The notes under the pieces were generated by a model. That model was not told the DNA's origin. It saw only the letters and a program-made list of their open reading frames with translations, and did not search any database. Position numbers and translations under genes: made by a program. Source: an uncultured Candidatus Rokubacteria bacterium (GTDB lineage: Bacteria > Methylomirabilota > Methylomirabilia > Rokubacteriales > CSP1-6). Taken from it: a stretch of DNA of 64,000 nucleotides. This document shows, in pieces, positions 8,241 through 17,900 of this stretch. Where the stretch lies: positions 32,001-96,000 of the forward strand of contig CAVWFS010000007.1 in the NCBI GenBank assembly GCA_963754315.1, given 5' to 3'. Within the stretch, counting starts at the first letter, position 1, and the number at the start of each line of letters is the position of its first letter.

Positions 8241-9400
8241 CGGTGGCGAGACTCGATCAGGCGAGCGTGGGCCTCACGGTAGACCGCCAGCGTACGCTCG
8301 ATCTGCACCCGGACGTCGAACTGACGCTCGGCCAGGGCTCGCGCGGCGCGTCCCATCCTGGCCCGGCGCGCATCGTCGAGGAGCAGGCTGATCACCGCGT
8401 CTGCCAGCGCGGCCGTGTCGCTCTTGGTGAGGAGCCCAGTCTCCCCGTCACGCACGACCTCATCGCAACCAGGCGCGCTCACGGCCACGGCGGGAATGCC
8501 ACAGGCAGCGGCCTCGGCCAGGACGAGTCCCTGTGTCTCCGTCTCCGACGCGAAGACGAACGCATCGGCGGCGCGGTAGTACGGGGCCAGGCCGTCGTGG
8601 GGTCGCGCACCGAGGAACATGATCCGGGAGGCGGCGAGAGTGCTCTCGGCCAAGACGCGCAGCCGTTCCGCCTCCGTCCCCTGCCCGACCAGCGCCAGAT
8701 GAGCCTGGGGCAAGGTACCGGCGACCCGGTCAAAGGCAAGGAGTATCCGATCCACGCTCTTCTCGCGGTCGAGCCGCCCCACGTACAGGAGAAGAAGGCC
8801 AGTGCCGGGCAAGCCCAGCGCTCGCCGTGCCTCCTCACGGTCACCGGGATGGAATCGCTGAAGGTCCACGCCGGTCGGCACCACAGTGATCGGCGCCCGT
8901 ACTCCCCTGGCCTGCAGCTCGTTGCGGATGAGGGCGGAGGGGGCGAGGACCGCATCGCACCGGTTGGCGAAGCGCGTGCTGAGGCGCACGGCCGCGGTCT
9001 CCACCAGGGCCCGGGACAGCGGCACGTAGTGCGCATACTTCTCGTAGCGCGTGTGATACGTGAAGACGAGCGGAACCCCGAGCCGACGGGCCAGGCGGCG
9101 GGCCACCGGACCTAAGAGGAAGGGATGGTGCGCGTGAACGATGTCAACCCCGAGCCGACGCGCGCGGGCGGCAATGCGCGGCGCGTACGGGATGGCGAGG
9201 GCAAACTCGGGGTACGTGGCGGCGGGCACCGACGGATAGCGGATCACGCGGTCGCCATCAGGGGGGGTGCCCGGGAAGCGTGGAGCGAACACCCAGGCCT
9301 CGTGTCGACTCGCCTCCAGACCGCGGCGCAGCGTTTCCACGGAAATGGTGACGCCACCACAGAACGGCACATAGTTGTTGGTGAACAGAGCGATCCGCAC
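8237..9400 (-). CDS. GT4 glycosyltransferase (diacylglycerol glucosyltransferase-like)
   Basis: IALFTNNYVP..GGV, HAHHPF, YHTRYEKYAHY, YVGRLDREK, SETETQGLVLAEAAACG. Confidence 0.9.
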   Translation of the reverse strand: MRIALFTNNYVPFCGGVTISVETLRRGLEASRHEAWVFAPRFPGTPPDGDRVIRYPSVPAATYPEFALAIPYAPRIAARARRLGVDIVHAHHPFLLGPVARRLARRLGVPLVFTYHTRYEKYAHYVPLSRALVETAAVRLSTRFANRCDAVLAPSALIRNELQARGVRAPITVVPTGVDLQRFHPGDREEARRALGLPGTGLLLLYVGRLDREKSVDRILLAFDRVAGTLPQAHLALVGQGTEAERLRVLAESTLAASRIMFLGARPHDGLAPYYRAADAFVFASETETQGLVLAEAAACGIPAVAVSAPGCDEVVRDGETGLLTKSDTAALADAVISLLLDDARRARMGRAARALAERQFDVRVQIERTLAVYREAHARLIESRHR

Positions 9401-9410
9401 GCCGGGCTGC

Positions 9411-9899
9411 CTACTTGAAGTCCTCCGGCTTGATGTTCTCCAGCCACTCGCGGAGTCGCTCCGGATCGTCGGCCTTCACGGGCTCGCTCTCCTTGGTGAC
9501 CTCCAGGCTCTTGGCCTTACGCACGACCTCCTCGTCCACGTAGATGGGGGCCGCTGCCCGTAAGGCGAGGGCGATGGCATCGGACGGCCGAGAGTCTACC
9601 GTCACCTCTCCTTCGCCCACCTGCAGGTGAAGCTCGGCAAAGAAGGTGTTTTCCCTGAGGTCGGTCACGACGATCTTGAGCAGGCGAGCCTCGATCGTCT
9701 CCAGGATGTTCTTGATGAGATCGTGGGTCATGGGCCTCGGGGTCGGGATCTTCTCCAGCTCGAGGGCGATGGCATTCGCCTCGAAGATGCCGACCCAGAT
9801 GGGTAGCGAGCGCTTGTCCTCCTCGTCACGCAGGATGATGATGGGCATGTTCGAGACCGGGTCAAGCGCGAGTCCTCGAACCTTCATTTCGACAAACAT
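9411..9899 (-). CDS. Bifunctional nuclease family protein (DUF151)
   Basis: LPIWVGIFEANAI, PRPMTHDL, DSRPSDAIALALR. Confidence 0.93.
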   Translation of the reverse strand: MFVEMKVRGLALDPVSNMPIIILRDEEDKRSLPIWVGIFEANAIALELEKIPTPRPMTHDLIKNILETIEARLLKIVVTDLRENTFFAELHLQVGEGEVTVDSRPSDAIALALRAAAPIYVDEEVVRKAKSLEVTKESEPVKADDPERLREWLENIKPEDFK

Positions 9900-11227
9900 G
9901 CGGCATCCTCCGGCACGCGAACGAGCGTGCCGCGCAGGCTGTGGGGCAAGGCTTCGGTGATCCGGACGTGGACGAGATCGCCGACACTGACGCGCCCCTG
10001 ACCGTCAAAATTCACCACCCGATTGCACGCCGTCCGTCCGGCCAGTTCGGCGGGGTTCCGCCGCGAGAGCCCGTCCACGAGGACGTCCAGCACGCGCCCT
10101 TCCAGGCGAGCACTACGGTCGGCCGCGGCGCGGGTCGTGACTTCCAGCAGACGCGTGTTTCGTGAGGCCTTCTCGGCATCGGGCACCTGGTCGGGCATGA
10201 GGGCAGCCGGAGTGCCGGGGCGGCGCGAGTACCGGAACGCAAAGACGTTGTCGTAGCCGACCGCTTCCACCATATCGATGGTGTCGAGGAAGTCCTCCTC
10301 CGTCTCGCCGGGGAAGCCGACGATGAGATCGGTGGAGAGCGCGATGTCGGGGACCGCCGATCTCACGTCTTCGATGAGAGACAGGTAGTGCTCCCGGGTA
10401 TAGCCGCGATTCATGCTGGCCAGGATGCGGTTCGATCCCGACTGCAGGGGCAGGTGCAGATACCGGCAGAGCTTCGGAAGATCGCGCAGGGCCTGAATCA
10501 GCCGGCGAGTCAGGTTGTAAGGGTTCGAAGTGGTGAAGCGGATCCGCGCGATTCCCTCCACTGCGCTCACCTGCTCCAGGAGCGCGGCCAGGTCCGTGGG
10601 TGGCGTCAGATCGCGGCCGTAGGCATTCACGGTCTGGCCGAGCAGGGTCACCTCCCGCACGCCCTCCGACGTCAAGCTGCGGATCTCGTCGAGAATCGCG
10701 CCCGGTGGATGGCTGCGCTCGCGCCCCCGGGTGACCGGTACCACGCAGAACGTGCAGTGCTTCTCGCACCCTTCCATGACGGTCACGTACGCCCGCAGTC
10801 GCTTCACGCCATCGGGCCGGGCGGTGATCTTGACGAGCGGTGCCTCGCCGGTCTCGAGGATGGGGCGGCGCTCACGCCGGGCCCGATCAACCAGTTCCCC
10901 GACCCGGGCGATAGCCGGCGAGCCGAAGACGAGGTCCACAATCGGAGCGCGCTGCTGGATGCCCTCCTTCTGGAGCTGAGCCATGCACCCCATCACGCCG
11001 ATCACCAGGTCGGGGTTGCGACGTTTGAGGGCCTTGAGCTCGCCGAGCTTCGAGAAGACCTTCTCCTCAGCTTTCTCCCGGATGGCGCACGTATTCAGGA
11101 TGATGATGTCGGCGTCGGACTCTCGCTCGGTGATCTCGTACTGCTCCTGCCGGAGCAGCCCGGCCACCCGCTCCGAGTCGTACTCGTTCATCTGACAGCC
11201 GTACGTGATCAGATGCAGCTTGGCCAT
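9884..11227 (-). CDS. miaB: tRNA-2-methylthio-N6-dimethylallyladenosine synthase
   Basis: TYGCQMNEYDSE, NTCAIREKAE, CEKHCTFC radical-SAM motif, C-terminal TRAM domain. Confidence 0.96.
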   Translation of the reverse strand: MAKLHLITYGCQMNEYDSERVAGLLRQEQYEITERESDADIIILNTCAIREKAEEKVFSKLGELKALKRRNPDLVIGVMGCMAQLQKEGIQQRAPIVDLVFGSPAIARVGELVDRARRERRPILETGEAPLVKITARPDGVKRLRAYVTVMEGCEKHCTFCVVPVTRGRERSHPPGAILDEIRSLTSEGVREVTLLGQTVNAYGRDLTPPTDLAALLEQVSAVEGIARIRFTTSNPYNLTRRLIQALRDLPKLCRYLHLPLQSGSNRILASMNRGYTREHYLSLIEDVRSAVPDIALSTDLIVGFPGETEEDFLDTIDMVEAVGYDNVFAFRYSRRPGTPAALMPDQVPDAEKASRNTRLLEVTTRAAADRSARLEGRVLDVLVDGLSRRNPAELAGRTACNRVVNFDGQGRVSVGDLVHVRITEALPHSLRGTLVRVPEDAACLSK

Positions 11228-11254
11228 AAGTAGTCGAAAAGATGTGACCGGTTG

Positions 11255-11283
11255 ACCGTAGCATCCGCCCTTAGCGAAGTCAA
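11255..11283 (-). promoter_or_regulatory. sigma70-type promoter of the miaB-paaA gene run
   Basis: Minus strand TTGACT-17nt-TACGGT with TGc before the -10. Confidence 0.5.
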
Positions 11284-11369
11284 ACGAGCACACCGAGTAT
11301 CCGGATGCATCACAGGCGCGCCTCAGGGGAGCGGGACCTGCTCAGGGCGAAGAACTGGCCCAGGGTCCC

Positions 11370-11438
11370 GGTGCGCCCCCGATGTCCGGGAGCGCACCAC
11401 GCGTTGGATGGGTATGGGGGGCCATGTCGTGGCCCCCC
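11370..11438 (-). repeat. Diverged solo copy of the two-hairpin palindromic element
   Basis: Minus strand, 5 nt after the FBPA/P stop: GGGGGGCC-ACGACAT-GGCCCCCC, C-rich linker, GGTGCGCTCCCG-GACAT-CGGGGGCGCACC. Confidence 0.65.
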
Positions 11439-11443
11439 TGCGA

Positions 11444-12952
11444 TCAGTCAATCTCCTCGGATCGTGATCGACCACCGACAGGCGCAGATGGTGCCGGTGC
11501 GCTCGCGTTGCCGTGCCCGTTCCCGGCGAAGGTGAGTGGCGGCTTCGTGGTGAACTGGCGCTCCAGCCGCGCCCGCCGTTCTTTCCACCCTTCCTGGTAC
11601 TCGAGCTCGTCCTCGTGCAGGGTGGCCGGCTGCTTGATGCCGTGCGCGTTGCGGAACTGGATAGCCAGCTCGGACGCTCGCCGCCGCACTTCGTCCCAGG
11701 GTGTTCCCAGCGCGAACTGATCGGAGATGGCTCCGATGCGCCCCGTGTGGATATTGCACGAGAGCGTCATAGCCGACAGGATCGGGCCCGACCAGTACGA
11801 GGTCTGGGAGTTGATGGGAACCGGCAGGATATGCAGGTTGTGGCTTCCCCGACAATCGCCCGCTACCATGGGGCACGCTGCCCACGGCGACGTGATTTCT
11901 CCCGGGGCCGGCCAGTCCCCCTGAGCAAAGGCCAGGACCACGGGATCGTCCTTCCCGCCATACGTGAAGCCCTTCTTGGTCTTGATGTTGTGCAGCCGCT
12001 CCGCCGAGCAGACATACCCGAGCTGATCGGCCTCGCCCCGATCGCCGCGCGTCCAGATGCGGGCCACCACAAAGCGAGAGGAGCGACACAGGCCTTCGAT
12101 ATCGTAGAGGTCTTCGGGCGCCCGCAGGGCGATGACCCGCTCCTGCAGCCCCTTGCCCAGCTCCTCCATCTTGCCGTCCAGGGCCTTGGCATCACGCGGA
12201 TGCGCGCCGGCCTCGACGGCCTGGGCTTTGGTGTCGAGATCGACGACTTCCAGGATATAGCCGCGCTTCATCTTGGAGGACGCGATGACGAGCCCGGTGT
12301 TGAAGCGCGGCAGGAGGTACGCGCCGGTAGCGTAGTAGTTGAACGCCATCGGCTCTGTCTTGTCGGCGAAGGAGGCGAGCACGGTCTGGGAGGCATTCTC
12401 CTTCCGCACGGGGAGGGGCAGGGCCACCGTGGCCGGACCGGCCCCGCGCAGGTTGCCCGTGAAGGCGTCCGCCACCAGATCCTGACCGGGGCCGTACAGG
12501 CCGAGCTCGGCCGCCTTGGTGGCACCCTCCTGGAAGGCATCCCACAAGAGCTCGTCGACGACGCTCATGTCGACGCTCTCGGCCATGATCCCGGTCACCG
12601 CCACGTCGTCGCCGGTGTGGGTGACGATCAGTGAGGTGAAGATCGGTTCACCGCGGTAGCCATTGTGCTCGAGGACGTGCTTGGCCACCACCGATTTCAC
12701 CTCGTCGGCGGCCACCACGTGCCCGCCCACCCCACCCACGTCGGCCTTGGTCGCTTTGATGTAGCGCTGGACGAGGGCGGGGTTTTTGGCGAACACGTAG
12801 GCCCGATAGGAAAAGATGTTCGGCGTATTGGTGACGGGAATCTTCTCGGCCACCGTGAGCGGAAGCCCAGCCAGCTCGTCCTTGGACTGGTGATACGCGG
12901 AGAGGAGCGTTCCAGATTGGCCAGGGGTAGGCCCATAGCGCTTGGCGGCCAT
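11444..12952 (-). CDS. Divergent fructose-1,6-bisphosphate aldolase/phosphatase (FBPase class V) homologue, 502 aa
   Basis: KADVGGVGGH, TGDD, LGLYGPGQDL..DAFTGNLRGAGP, ADKTEP.AFN, YGGKDDP, RGSHN, EY motifs collinear with FBPA/P; AGGAGG RBS before ATG 12952. Confidence 0.88.
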   Translation of the reverse strand: MAAKRYGPTPGQSGTLLSAYHQSKDELAGLPLTVAEKIPVTNTPNIFSYRAYVFAKNPALVQRYIKATKADVGGVGGHVVAADEVKSVVAKHVLEHNGYRGEPIFTSLIVTHTGDDVAVTGIMAESVDMSVVDELLWDAFQEGATKAAELGLYGPGQDLVADAFTGNLRGAGPATVALPLPVRKENASQTVLASFADKTEPMAFNYYATGAYLLPRFNTGLVIASSKMKRGYILEVVDLDTKAQAVEAGAHPRDAKALDGKMEELGKGLQERVIALRAPEDLYDIEGLCRSSRFVVARIWTRGDRGEADQLGYVCSAERLHNIKTKKGFTYGGKDDPVVLAFAQGDWPAPGEITSPWAACPMVAGDCRGSHNLHILPVPINSQTSYWSGPILSAMTLSCNIHTGRIGAISDQFALGTPWDEVRRRASELAIQFRNAHGIKQPATLHEDELEYQEGWKERRARLERQFTTKPPLTFAGNGHGNASAPAPSAPVGGRSRSEEID

Positions 12953-12997
12953 GCACATCCTCCTTGATGGCGGTGCGAAAAACGGCGTGTGCTGTCG

Positions 12998-13058
12998 AGG
13001 ATAACGGCGTATGCTGAGCCCGGTCAAGGAAGATATTTCCTGACCGGGAAGATATTTC
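12998..13058. promoter_or_regulatory. Divergent promoter region with candidate SorC-family operator
   Basis: Exact direct repeat GGAAGATATTTC at 13028-13039 and 13047-13058; near-palindrome 13019-13048; minus-strand TTGACC-18nt-TATCCT (13027-12998). Confidence 0.65.
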
Positions 13059-13062
13059 ACGG

Positions 13063-14067
13063 ATGAAGAGCGGGCATCCGCCGATCGAGCTCAGGCTGCT
13101 CGTGCAGTGCCTGCAGCTCTACTATCGGCAGGGACGGAGCCAGAAGGATATCGCCCTCGCCCTCGGCGTCTCCCCGGCCACCGTGTCGCGTCTTCTCAAG
13201 CGCGCCTTCGACGAGGGGCTGGTCCGCGTGGAGCTGGACTTGCCGCGTCGCCAGGAGCTGGAGACCGCGCTCATCGCGCTGTTCCACCTCCGGGACGCCG
13301 TGGTGATCGCCTCTGGGGGGCGCGGCGACGTGAAGGAGGATCTGGGGGCCGCCGCCGCCGCCTACTTCGAGAAGGTGGCGCGGGACGGTATGCGGGTGGG
13401 ACTCTCGTGCGGCTTCACTCTGTATCAGACTATCCGACAGCTCCGCGAGCGACGGTTCCGGGACCTCGAGTTGTATCCCCTGTCGGGCGAGAGCACGCTC
13501 AAGCTCGTCGACCTCTTCCCCAACACCCTGGTCGGCATGATGGCCGCCAAGTACCGACCGCACGTGCGCGCCTATGCCCTGCCCGTGCAACACCTCATTT
13601 CGCTCCGAGAGATCGAGCGCGAACGGCGCCGGCTCCTCCGGGACCCCGAGGTGCGCCGGATCTACGAAGCGGCTCAGGACATCGACATCGCCCTGGTCGG
13701 CATCGGGCTCATCGGCGAGCAGACGCCGGGATTTTGCTCGCTCGCCGAGTCCTATGGGGTGAGCGTGCGACGCCTAGGCCAGCTCGGGGTGGTCGGGGAG
13801 ATCAACTACCAACCGTTTGACGCGAAGGGTACCCTGGTCGATCGTCCAGAGCTCCGGGCGCTCATGCGCCGGATCCTCTCTGTGGAGGGGAACCGTCTGC
13901 AGGCGCTGTCGCGTCGTGACGACCGCTACGTGGTCGCGGTGGCCGGCGGACGGGCCAAAGTGGAGGCCGTGCGCGGCGCGCTCCGGGGCCGCTTCATGAA
14001 CGTGCTGGTCACGGACGAAGACTGCGCGGTGCGCCTGTCGGCTCCTCGAACACGCCCATCCGCCTGA
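13063..14067 (+). CDS. SorC/DeoR-family (CggR/LsrR-like) sugar-phosphate-binding transcriptional regulator
   Basis: LYYRQGRSQKDIALALGVSPATVSRLL HTH; VGLSCGFTL, DIALVGIG, VAVAGGRAKVEAVRGALRG...VLVTDE sugar-binding domain. Confidence 0.92.
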   Translation: MKSGHPPIELRLLVQCLQLYYRQGRSQKDIALALGVSPATVSRLLKRAFDEGLVRVELDLPRRQELETALIALFHLRDAVVIASGGRGDVKEDLGAAAAAYFEKVARDGMRVGLSCGFTLYQTIRQLRERRFRDLELYPLSGESTLKLVDLFPNTLVGMMAAKYRPHVRAYALPVQHLISLREIERERRRLLRDPEVRRIYEAAQDIDIALVGIGLIGEQTPGFCSLAESYGVSVRRLGQLGVVGEINYQPFDAKGTLVDRPELRALMRRILSVEGNRLQALSRRDDRYVVAVAGGRAKVEAVRGALRGRFMNVLVTDEDCAVRLSAPRTRPSA

Positions 14068-14983
14068 ACTTCTCGTAGCGATCTTGCACGAGCGCCGCCG
14101 GGGAGAGGGCGACCAGGCTGGTCAGCGCTTCCCGCAGAGCCACGCGGAGATTCTGAGCGGCCCCCTCCCAGTCGCGGTGAGCCCCACCCAACGGCTCCGG
14201 CACGATCGTGTCGATCACCCCGAGGCGCAAGGCGTCTGCCGCGGCGACGCGCATGACCTCAGCCGCCTCGGGAGCCTTGCTGGCGTCTCCCCACAGGATG
14301 GCCGCGCAGCCTTCGGGAGAGATGACGGAATACACCGCGAACTCCAGCATCAGCACGCGATTGCCCATGCCGAGCGCCAGGGCCCCTCCGCTACCGCCCT
14401 CCCCGGTAATCACGGCCACCAAGGGCGTGCGCAGGGTGGTCATCTCGAACAGGTTACGGGCGATGGCTTCGCCCTGCCCCCGCTCCTCCGCCCCAATTCC
14501 GGGGTAGGCGCCCGGAGTGTCGATCAGGGTGATGACCGGTTTGCCAAACTTCCCCGCCAACCGCATCAGACGCCCGGCTTTGCGATACCCCTCCGGATGC
14601 GGCATACCGAAGTTGCGAGCGATCTTGTCCCGGGTGTCACGGCCCTTCTCCTGCCCGATAGCCACCACCGAGCGTCCCTCGAAACTGGCCAGGCCGCCCA
14701 CCACCGCGGGATCGTCGCCGTAGAGCCGGTCGCCGTGCAGCTCGAGGAAATCCTCAAAGAGGAGACGGAAAAAATCCCTCGCGTGAGGACGTCGCGGATG
14801 ACGTCCGAGCTGCGTGCGCTGCCACGCCGTGAGCCCGCCGTAGATCCTGGCCTGAAGCCGACGCTGACGATTCTCCAGGCGGGCGATCTCGTCACGGTGG
14901 CGGGGATCGTCCCGCGAGCGCAAGTCGGCGAGCTTCGCCTCGATCTCCAGAAGGGGCGCTTCGAACTCAAGGTGATCGGGCAT
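14009..14983 (-). CDS. accA: Acetyl-CoA carboxylase carboxyltransferase alpha subunit
   Basis: LEFEAPL, RHPRRP, NFGMPHPEGYRK, DTPGAYPGIGAEERGQ, GEGGSGGAL, ISPEGCAAILW. Confidence 0.97.
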   Translation of the reverse strand: MPDHLEFEAPLLEIEAKLADLRSRDDPRHRDEIARLENRQRRLQARIYGGLTAWQRTQLGRHPRRPHARDFFRLLFEDFLELHGDRLYGDDPAVVGGLASFEGRSVVAIGQEKGRDTRDKIARNFGMPHPEGYRKAGRLMRLAGKFGKPVITLIDTPGAYPGIGAEERGQGEAIARNLFEMTTLRTPLVAVITGEGGSGGALALGMGNRVLMLEFAVYSVISPEGCAAILWGDASKAPEAAEVMRVAAADALRLGVIDTIVPEPLGGAHRDWEGAAQNLRVALREALTSLVALSPAALVQDRYEKFRRMGVFEEPTGAPRSLRP

Positions 14984-17900
14984 GGTCGACCACCACCGTG
15001 CCGGGTCCGAGTATCGCCTCCAGGGCGGTCACAAACGGCGGAGTGACAGTGACCTGGAAGGCTCGGCTCCGGAGGACAACCTCCTGCTCGGCTAGGAGGA
15101 CGTGCACGAAGAGCGGTACCGCTCCTGCGTGCTCGGCGCAGAGGCGGCCCAGCGCCGCCAGGGCGGCCATGGTCTGGCTCGCCCCTACGCGGAGCCGGCA
15201 GGCGCGGGGGGTTCCTGGAAGGGGCGCGGCGATCCCAGGCTCTCGCAACACCTCATCCAGCGGGCGTACCTCTTCGGCCAGCACGACCCGGCCCTTGTCG
15301 CTGTCGTCGATGCGACCCCTGATAAGCACGGGCTCCCGCGCACGGAGCCGACTGGCCGCCGCCTTGAACGGTTCGGGAAATACGGTGACCTCGACGGTTC
15401 CCTCCATGTCCTCCAGGGTGAGAAACGCCATGTGGTTCCCGCGCTTGGTCGTTGTCTCCTTCAACTCCACGACAAGGCCGACCAGCCTGACCGCCGATCC
15501 AGTGCTTCGCGCGGCCAGCTCAGCCGACGAAGTGACGTCTAGGGCGTCGACCTGACTGCGATAACGGGCCAGGGGATGCCCCGACACATAAAAGCCCAGA
15601 ACCTCCTTCTCGAAGGCCAGCCGCTGATCGTCGTCCCACTCGGGCAACAAGGCGGTCGCGTCCGGGGCGGCTGCGGCTGGCACCACTGGGAGCAAGTCGA
15701 AGAACGACGCCTGCCCCTCCGCCCGCTCGCGCTGCTGCCGCTGGCCCTGGTCGAGGGCGCCGTCGACCTGGGCCAGCAAGTGCGCGCGGGGGAGCTGCAA
15801 CGAGTCGAAGGCCCCGGCCTTGATGAGACTCTCGATGACCCGCCGGTTCACCAGCCGCAGATCGACCCGGCTGCAGAAGTCGTCTAGCGACCCGAACGTG
15901 CCGTGGGTGGCCCGTGTCTGGAGGATGGACTCCATGGCCGCCTCTCCCACGTTCTTGATGGCGGCCAGGCCGAACCGAATGGTGCCGCCGGCCACCGTGA
16001 AGCGGACACCCGAGCTGTTGACGTCAGGCGGCTCCACGGGGATGGCCATGGCGCGGCACTCGTCGATGTACTTCACGATCTTGTCGGTGTCGCCCATTTC
16101 CGAGGTGAGCAGCGCGGCCATGAACTCGACTGGATAATTGGCCTTGAAGTAGGCCGTCTGGTACGCCACCACGCCGTAGGCGGCCGCGTGCGACTTGTTG
16201 AAGCCGTAGCCGGCGAATTTCTCCATCAGCTCCCACACGCGCTCAGCCTTGGCGGTGGGGACGTCACGTTCGGCGCAACCGCCGATGAATTTTTCTTTCT
16301 GAGTGGCCATGAGGTCGCGGTCCTTTTTCCCCATGGCCCGCCGCAGAGTATCGGCTTCGCCCATGCTGAAACCAGCCATCTCCGAGGCGATCTGCATGAT
16401 TTGCTCCTGGTACACCATGATTCCGTACGTCTCCCGCGTGAACTTCTCCATGGCGGGGTGCTCGTACTTGATCTTGGCCCGACCATGCCTGCGGTCAATG
16501 AAGTCGGGGATGAGATCCATGGGCCCCGGACGATAGAGGGACACGATCGCGATGATGTCTTCGAGGCGCTCCGGCTTGAGGCCGCGCAGCGCATCGCGCA
16601 TGCCCGGTGACTCGAGCTGGAACACGCCAAACGTGCGGGCCTCGCCGAGGAGCTGATAGGTTCGTGTGTCGTCCACGGGCAAGCGGTCGAAGTCGATCAC
16701 CACTCCCCGTGCCTCCTTGATGAGGAGCGCGGTGTTGGCGAGAACGGTCAAGGTCCGGAGACCGAGGAAATCCATCTTGAGCAGGCCCAGCTTCTCGATG
16801 GGCCCCATGGCGTACCCGGTGATCAGCTCCGGCCGCTTGGGATCCTTGTAGAGAGGAATGTGCTGGTCCAGGGGCTCATCTGAGATCACCACGGCCGAGG
16901 CGTGCACGGAAGCGTGCCGCGTGCAGCCTTCCAGGGCGCGGGCGATGTCCCAGAGCTCCTTCACGCTCTGCTGCGTGCGGATCGTCTCGGCGAGAGGAAG
17001 CGCCCGCTGGGCCGCCTCCTCGAGGCTGATGTTGAGGGGAAATGCCGGCACGAGCTTGGCGATGCGATCCACGTCCGAATACGTCATGCCGAGCACCCGG
17101 CCGACGTCCCGGATGGCGGCCTTGGCCCCCAAGGTGCCAAAGGTAATGATATGGGCCACCCGGTCACGCCCGTACCGGTCGGCCACGTAGCGGATGACTT
17201 CGTCGCGGCGGTCATCGGCGAAGTCGATGTCCATGTCGGGCATGGAAATGCGCTCGGGGTTCAGAAATCGCTCGAAGAGAAGGCCGTAACGTATTGGATC
17301 GACGTTGGTAATACCAAGACAGTAGGCGACAAGGGACCCGGCGGAAGAACCCCGGCCCGGGCCCACGGCGATGCCGTGCTGGCGGGCAAATCGGATGAAG
17401 TCCCAGACCACGAGGAAATAGCCGGCAAAGCCCATCTTCTCGATGACCGCCAACTCGTGGGCCAGCCGGGCCTCGAGGGTGTCTCCGGGTGTGGGCCCAT
17501 AGCGCTCACGAAGTCCGGCTCGCGTAGTTTCCTGAAGGTAGCTCTCGAGGGTGTGCCCCTCGGGAACAACGTAGCGCGGCAGGTGGAACCGATTGAACTC
17601 GAGGGTCAGGTTGCAACGCTCGGCCACCGCCAGCGTGTTACGGCACGCCTCTGGCGTCTCGGCGAACACCTGCGCCATTTCCGCAGCCGACTTGACGTAG
17701 AACTCCTGGGTGGAGAAGCGCCAATGGCCCGGGTCGTTCAGGGTGGAGCCCGTCTGGATACAGAGCAGCGCCTCGTGGGCGCGGGCGTGCGTGGCTTCCA
17801 GGTAGTGCGAGTCGTTGGTCCCGGCGATGGGCGCTCCCAAGGCCCTGGCGATGCGGAGGGTCTCCGCGGTCACCCGCGCCTGCTCGGGGAGACCGTGCGC

